Below, in pieces: positions 59,729-64,000 of a stretch of 64,000 nucleotides of DNA. Each line of letters starts with the position of its first letter. Position 1 is the stretch's first letter. The notes beneath the pieces are model-generated. The model worked only from the letters and a program-made list of their open reading frames with translations. It did no database searches and was not told the origin of the DNA. This stretch comes from Alphaproteobacteria bacterium (GTDB lineage Bacteria; Pseudomonadota; Alphaproteobacteria; Rickettsiales; SXRF01): the NCBI GenBank assembly GCA_050249355.1, contig JBFWQQ010000001.1, positions 12,274 to 76,273 of the forward strand, written 5' to 3'. Position numbers and translations under genes: made by a program.

Positions 59729-59938
59729 ATGGAAAACTCTGCTCTTCGCATATTGAAAGAATACTCAGAAGGCAAGCATTGCTGGCGAAGAGTTGTGCGC
59801 AACCTGAAGCTATGGGATTTTGATGAGCTGAAAACTCTTATGGCACAGCACAACCTGCCCATGCCGACATTGCATGCGGCCAGCGACCAGAAAAATATAG
59901 ATGCCCTCATGAAGCGCATAGCTGGAGAAGGCCCATGA
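59729..59938 (+). CDS. small hypothetical protein, possible HTH/antitoxin-like
   Basis: 69 aa from ATG 59729 (80 aa from GTG 59696); LKEYSEGKHCWRRVVRNLKLWDFDELKTLMAQHNLPMP loosely resembles UPF0175-type small HTH proteins; stop overlaps next start (ATGA). Confidence 0.45.
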   Translation: MENSALRILKEYSEGKHCWRRVVRNLKLWDFDELKTLMAQHNLPMPTLHAASDQKNIDALMKRIAGEGP

Positions 59939-62526
59939 ATGCTCCTGCAAAACTGGCGCTTCCTTCCGTCGTTTATCTGATGCTGGATAACAATCTTTAT
60001 TCACGCGATATGATGAAGCTATTGCGGGATTTTTCTGCCGTGTTGGGTAAGCTTGGCATACAAGCCAAATATATTGAGACCACACAGGGCTTTCGGGAGA
60101 AGTCGCGTGATGTATTGCACCCTTCCGTGGATGCTACGGAAAATGGCGGCCGCGTTTCCTCCTACACGCAGCTTTATAAAGATCACCCGGATTGGTTTGA
60201 GCTTATACATACCCAAGAAGCCGATGATTATCTTGCGGCATTTCGAAAGGTGATAGTGGAAAAAGTCATGCCCGCAATGTGGCATAACATGACGGGCAAG
60301 CAGCAGGCAGCGTACAGGGATGCGCACCCCGGATTTGATGAACCCGCAAGCGGAGAGGTACAGGATGTACCCAGCGCATATACCTATGTACGTGAGATAC
60401 AACGCAAAAGTTTTAAGATCTTGCAACACAGCGGGGGTAACCCGGCCATTACACAGGCGGAGGATATTGATGTGTTTAATCCTGCGCTATTGCAGGACAC
60501 CGCCACCCCACTGGCAATGGCCATTTTACAGGCATACAACAAAGAACTGAATAATCGCAGTGTGATCAATGCCATTGTTAAAACCGACGAGGAATTTCAG
60601 GCGGCGCGATTTAATTCCGGTGACCGTTCGTGGCCGCAAGTGATCAGGAACAACCTGACAGAGCGTCCGGATGCCAGCAATTCAGTGGTGGTTGTCATTA
60701 CTGATGACGGGCCTGCCGTGGAAGAATTAAAAAACGGGATAGGCCAAGATAATATCAACAAGCTGGATAGTTTTTATGTGCTATCCGGTACGGGATTTAT
60801 GTTGTTAATTAACCGGATGATCAGGCATCTGGAGAAATCCGGCAAGGATATACAAATGGCAGATGCCGAAGCCGCAAGAAAAATGCTGGAACGTGATGCC
60901 GGCAGCCAATACTGGCAGCAATCCATACGCAGGGATGAAAATCTGGTTTCTGGCGCGGCACCTAAACTGTCTGACCGAATTTGCGACATCATACAAAGAC
61001 AGACACACGTAGCCCCGCCACCTGAAACCGGCAAGGAAGAAATTGTTGTAAAGAATGATAAGGCATTCCCACAAAACCCCAATTACGAAGAGCATCTGGC
61101 AGCTACGGTTCGCCTGGTGGGTGCTATGCACAAACTATCAACCAAAACCCTACAGGAGGAATATCAGGCAAGGCAGGAAGAAAAAGATGGTCAAACGCTT
61201 CTCTATCTGGATGAAGGGTCGAGGAGAAGTGTTGAAAAAGCCCCTGGCTTCTTTACGTTGCACGGCAGTGCGCGAAACGGGCTGTATTTTTACCCTGTAT
61301 TTGCAAGAAAGATCGGCGATGTGGATTTTCGTTTCACTACAAATCCCCACAATGCCGGTGAAATACCCGGCGATCATGAACCGATCATCCGCCAGCAACT
61401 GGAAGGCGCTGGTTTCACAGATATAACAACATCCAAGGAAAAAACGCGCTCGGGGGAGGTCCGAAGGATCAAGTTCGATATGGCGTATCTTTCACCAGCC
61501 GACGGGCAGAAATATGGCCTGAGCATGGATGTAAACTTCAGTAACATGGTGCCTTTGCTACCCACCCGGCAAGTACGCTTTGGTCAAACATTCTCCGGCT
61601 TCCAGAAGCCTGTGCAGACAGGGCCTAACCCCATTCTGATCGAACACCCGTTTGAGATTCTTGGCAACAAACTGGTGGCATTGGTAGATAACCGGGGCGG
61701 CAGCAAGGAAGCACGGCTGAATGCCAAAAAGCAGGCAAAGAACATATTTGATGCCACCCAATATTTGAACCGCCACTTGGGTTATCCCGGAGAAGGTGGG
61801 TTCCATGATGACATAACCGGCCTGTATCTTGCGCAAAAGAATGGCACCATGTGGCTGATGAGCCCGGATAATCCTATTACCCGCCTGCGCTTTAACCTTG
61901 AAGTTGCAGAGAAGCTTGCACAGCCGAATAATGCTGGTGCGTTGGCGCGCATGGGTATCCACGATCAGGAGTTATTGCTTCCATACCTGATGGAGGTATA
62001 CCGCGAATCCTATGGGCGCACCAAATACCTCAAGCAGCATGACCAGGAATTTGACGAAACGGCACATGAGGAGCAGGCACGAAAACGTATTCTTGAGTTC
62101 ACGAGAATCGCCGAGCGCCTGCTGGAGCCATTCCGCGCCCTCAGCCCGACTGCCGGGGTGAAGCTACAGCAGGTCAATACGCCCGAGGCAGAATTCGTGC
62201 GGCTTTTAAAGCAAGGCATTGTAGATCCCGGCATGCTGCTGCGGCCAAAAGAACGTTTTGAACACTACAAGGCCGCAGGATGGCGCAATGACCGGTCACG
62301 CCTATCCTTCAAGGAGAAAATGGAAGCGTTCTTTAGCGAGAACGGCCATCCGGAATTAATCACATCGGTGGATATGGATAAATTGGAACGTGCACTGTAT
62401 GAGCGCATTGCCGGGAATACACTGTTGCGCTCGCGGGCAGAACATTATGCAATACGCAAAAGCAAAAAGCTGACAGTGGTAGGGCCGGATGATCCGCCAC
62501 CCGCTTTAGGAACCCAGATAACATAG
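59935..62526 (+). CDS. large orphan protein (863 aa), no recognisable domain
   Basis: uninterrupted 2.6-kb ORF with GGAG 7 nt upstream of ATG; no TM, signal peptide, Walker A, HExxH or nuclease motif spotted; sampled lines 45-48% GC. Confidence 0.7.
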   Translation: MNAPAKLALPSVVYLMLDNNLYSRDMMKLLRDFSAVLGKLGIQAKYIETTQGFREKSRDVLHPSVDATENGGRVSSYTQLYKDHPDWFELIHTQEADDYLAAFRKVIVEKVMPAMWHNMTGKQQAAYRDAHPGFDEPASGEVQDVPSAYTYVREIQRKSFKILQHSGGNPAITQAEDIDVFNPALLQDTATPLAMAILQAYNKELNNRSVINAIVKTDEEFQAARFNSGDRSWPQVIRNNLTERPDASNSVVVVITDDGPAVEELKNGIGQDNINKLDSFYVLSGTGFMLLINRMIRHLEKSGKDIQMADAEAARKMLERDAGSQYWQQSIRRDENLVSGAAPKLSDRICDIIQRQTHVAPPPETGKEEIVVKNDKAFPQNPNYEEHLAATVRLVGAMHKLSTKTLQEEYQARQEEKDGQTLLYLDEGSRRSVEKAPGFFTLHGSARNGLYFYPVFARKIGDVDFRFTTNPHNAGEIPGDHEPIIRQQLEGAGFTDITTSKEKTRSGEVRRIKFDMAYLSPADGQKYGLSMDVNFSNMVPLLPTRQVRFGQTFSGFQKPVQTGPNPILIEHPFEILGNKLVALVDNRGGSKEARLNAKKQAKNIFDATQYLNRHLGYPGEGGFHDDITGLYLAQKNGTMWLMSPDNPITRLRFNLEVAEKLAQPNNAGALARMGIHDQELLLPYLMEVYRESYGRTKYLKQHDQEFDETAHEEQARKRILEFTRIAERLLEPFRALSPTAGVKLQQVNTPEAEFVRLLKQGIVDPGMLLRPKERFEHYKAAGWRNDRSRLSFKEKMEAFFSENGHPELITSVDMDKLERALYERIAGNTLLRSRAEHYAIRKSKKLTVVGPDDPPPALGTQIT

Positions 62527-62721
62527 TATCAACACCCAGGCTTCGCCGGATTTCTTGTGCCATGCGAGACCCGTCTTTGGTAGATATAACAGCATGTTGA
62601 ATTCAAGCCGTGTAGAATTTCAAGTGGCTCCATCCATGGCTTGGCAAACTCAAATCCCACCCTTGCAAAATCCTAAAAATAGTAGATTATAGGCTCTTTT
62701 TTACCGTGGGGACGTGGTGTT

Positions 62722-63750
62722 ATGAAGGCGCTGGTTAAAGCAAAAGCCGAAGAAGGCATCTGGCTGCAGGATGTGCCTGAGCCGGAATACGGCATCGATG
62801 ATGTGCTCATCAAGGTGCTTAAAACCGGCATCTGCGGCACCGATGTGCATATCTATAACTGGGACAGCTGGTCGCAGAAGAACGTAAAACCCGGCACTGT
62901 CACCGGCCACGAATTCGTCGGCGAGATCGTGGCGATCGGCAGTAACGTGCGCGATTTCAAGGTCGGCGACAAAGTAAGCGCCGAAGGTCACGTAGTATGC
63001 GGCCGTTGCCGCAACTGCCTTGCTGGCCGCCGGCATTTGTGCGCGCATACCAAAGGCGTGGGCATCAACCGCAACGGCGCTTTCGCCGAGCTGGTTGCCG
63101 TTCCCGCTGTCAATCTATGGCAGTGCAGCAGCGATATCCCTCTGGAATATTACGCGATCTTCGATCCGCTGGGCAATGCAGCGCATACCGCGCTGGCGTT
63201 CGACCTTGTCGGCGAGGACGTGCTCATCACCGGCGCCGGCCCGATCGGCATCGCCGCGGTTGGCATGGCCAAGCATGCCGGCGCGCGCCATGTGGTGATC
63301 ACCGATATCAACGATTACCGTCTCGGTCTTGCCAGGCAAATGGGCGCTTCAGCGGCGGTGAACGTGCAAAAAGAAAATATCCGCGATGTGATGAAAAGCC
63401 TGAAAATGAGCGAAGGCTTCGATGTCGGTCTGGAAATGTCCGGCACGCCGGCGGGCCTCAACATGATGATCGACACCATGGTACATGGCGGCAAGATCGC
63501 CATGCTCGGCATCCAGCCCGGCAATACCGGCGTGGATTGGGACGCCGTGGTGTTCAAGGGCATGACCATACAAGGCATCTATGGCCGTAAAATGTTCGAA
63601 ACATGGTACAAGCTGCAAGCGATGATACAAAGCGGCATGAATATCGAGCCGGTGATCACCCACCGCATGGGATATCAGGACTTCCAGGAAGGCTTCGATG
63701 TGATGCGTTCGGGAAAATCGGGCAAAGTGATATTGGATTGGAACATATGA
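62722..63750 (+). CDS. tdh: L-threonine 3-dehydrogenase
   Basis: 342 aa; [13 protein letters not shown], zinc-ADH GHE..G, structural Zn Cys cluster [16 protein letters not shown]. Confidence 0.9.
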   Translation: MKALVKAKAEEGIWLQDVPEPEYGIDDVLIKVLKTGICGTDVHIYNWDSWSQKNVKPGTVTGHEFVGEIVAIGSNVRDFKVGDKVSAEGHVVCGRCRNCLAGRRHLCAHTKGVGINRNGAFAELVAVPAVNLWQCSSDIPLEYYAIFDPLGNAAHTALAFDLVGEDVLITGAGPIGIAAVGMAKHAGARHVVITDINDYRLGLARQMGASAAVNVQKENIRDVMKSLKMSEGFDVGLEMSGTPAGLNMMIDTMVHGGKIAMLGIQPGNTGVDWDAVVFKGMTIQGIYGRKMFETWYKLQAMIQSGMNIEPVITHRMGYQDFQEGFDVMRSGKSGKVILDWNI

Positions 63751-64000
63751 CGCAGGCAGCAAGGAAAGACGCAAACATGGCACATACGCTGGACGAATCA
63801 TTGGCCGTAGACCTTGCCGCTATGAAATCAGCCGGCACCATGAAAAGCTTCCGCCATATCAACACGCCGATGGATACCACGGTCGGTATGGATGAGGTAA
63901 AAGGCGAGGTGCTGGTGCTGTCTTCCAACAATTACCTTGGGCTGGCCGATCACCCGGATGTTATCAAAGCCGGTCAGGATGCGCTTAAAACCTACGGCGC
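63747..64000 (+). CDS. kbl: 2-amino-3-ketobutyrate CoA ligase (glycine C-acetyltransferase), 5' part only
   Basis: ATGA overlap with tdh; my translation gives ...[56 protein letters not shown], typical Kbl N-terminus; runs off the window (alternative ATG 63777). Confidence 0.8.
   Translation, partial: MTQAARKDANMAHTLDESLAVDLAAMKSAGTMKSFRHINTPMDTTVGMDEVKGEVLVLSSNNYLGLADHPDVIKAGQDALKTYG

Noticed and set aside
62650-62662. possible attR: TCAAATCCCACCC resembling the tRNA-Tyr T-arm (59608-59620)
   Set aside because: Only 11 of 13 positions match, the similarity does not extend to the acceptor stem, and no integrase is present. It is too weak to call an att site and is mentioned only as context.

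Overview
Gene-dense chromosomal segment with alphaproteobacterial synteny: hemE | DUF299-kinase-aroE-coaE-dnaQ-secB-Tim44-like-mltA, mdh-sucC-sucD-sucA-sucB-lpdA, and lpxK-waaA-DUF374-msbA. I call 67 protein-coding genes (two at window edges), one tRNA-Tyr(GUA), a few hairpin terminators, and a probable chromosomal replication origin in the 336-bp AT-rich hemE/DUF299 spacer (29396-29731). Gene orientation flips at that spacer: 21 of 24 genes are on the - strand between 5.5 and 29.4 kb, and 11 of 13 are on the + strand between 29.7 and 39.9 kb. The bias fades further right. Many neighbours are translationally coupled by ATGA/TAATG overlaps, and several convergent pairs overlap at their 3' ends. 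I recognised no rRNA, CRISPR array, transposase, integrase or phage gene in any frame. Most of the window is ordinary housekeeping. Accessory-looking material is limited to small insertions, most sampling lower in GC than the core genes: (1) a prepilin-type gene bracketed by a 29-bp duplication of the lpdA 3' end; (2) a 2OG-Fe(II) oxygenase between sucB and lpdA; (3) a Sulfotransfer_4-like gene between mtgA and sucA; (4) an unrecognisable 176-aa ORF filling the sucC-sucD junction exactly; (5) a tRNA-Tyr-adjacent 3-kb islet encoding a small HTH-like ORF coupled to an 863-aa orphan protein; (6) a two-gene hypothetical module between rho and hemJ. I could not assign any of these to a known multi-gene system. 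The tRNA-Tyr islet and the lpdA-end cassette are the best candidates for something undescribed, but their functions are inference only. All homology statements rest on motif recognition by eye, and no database search was run.
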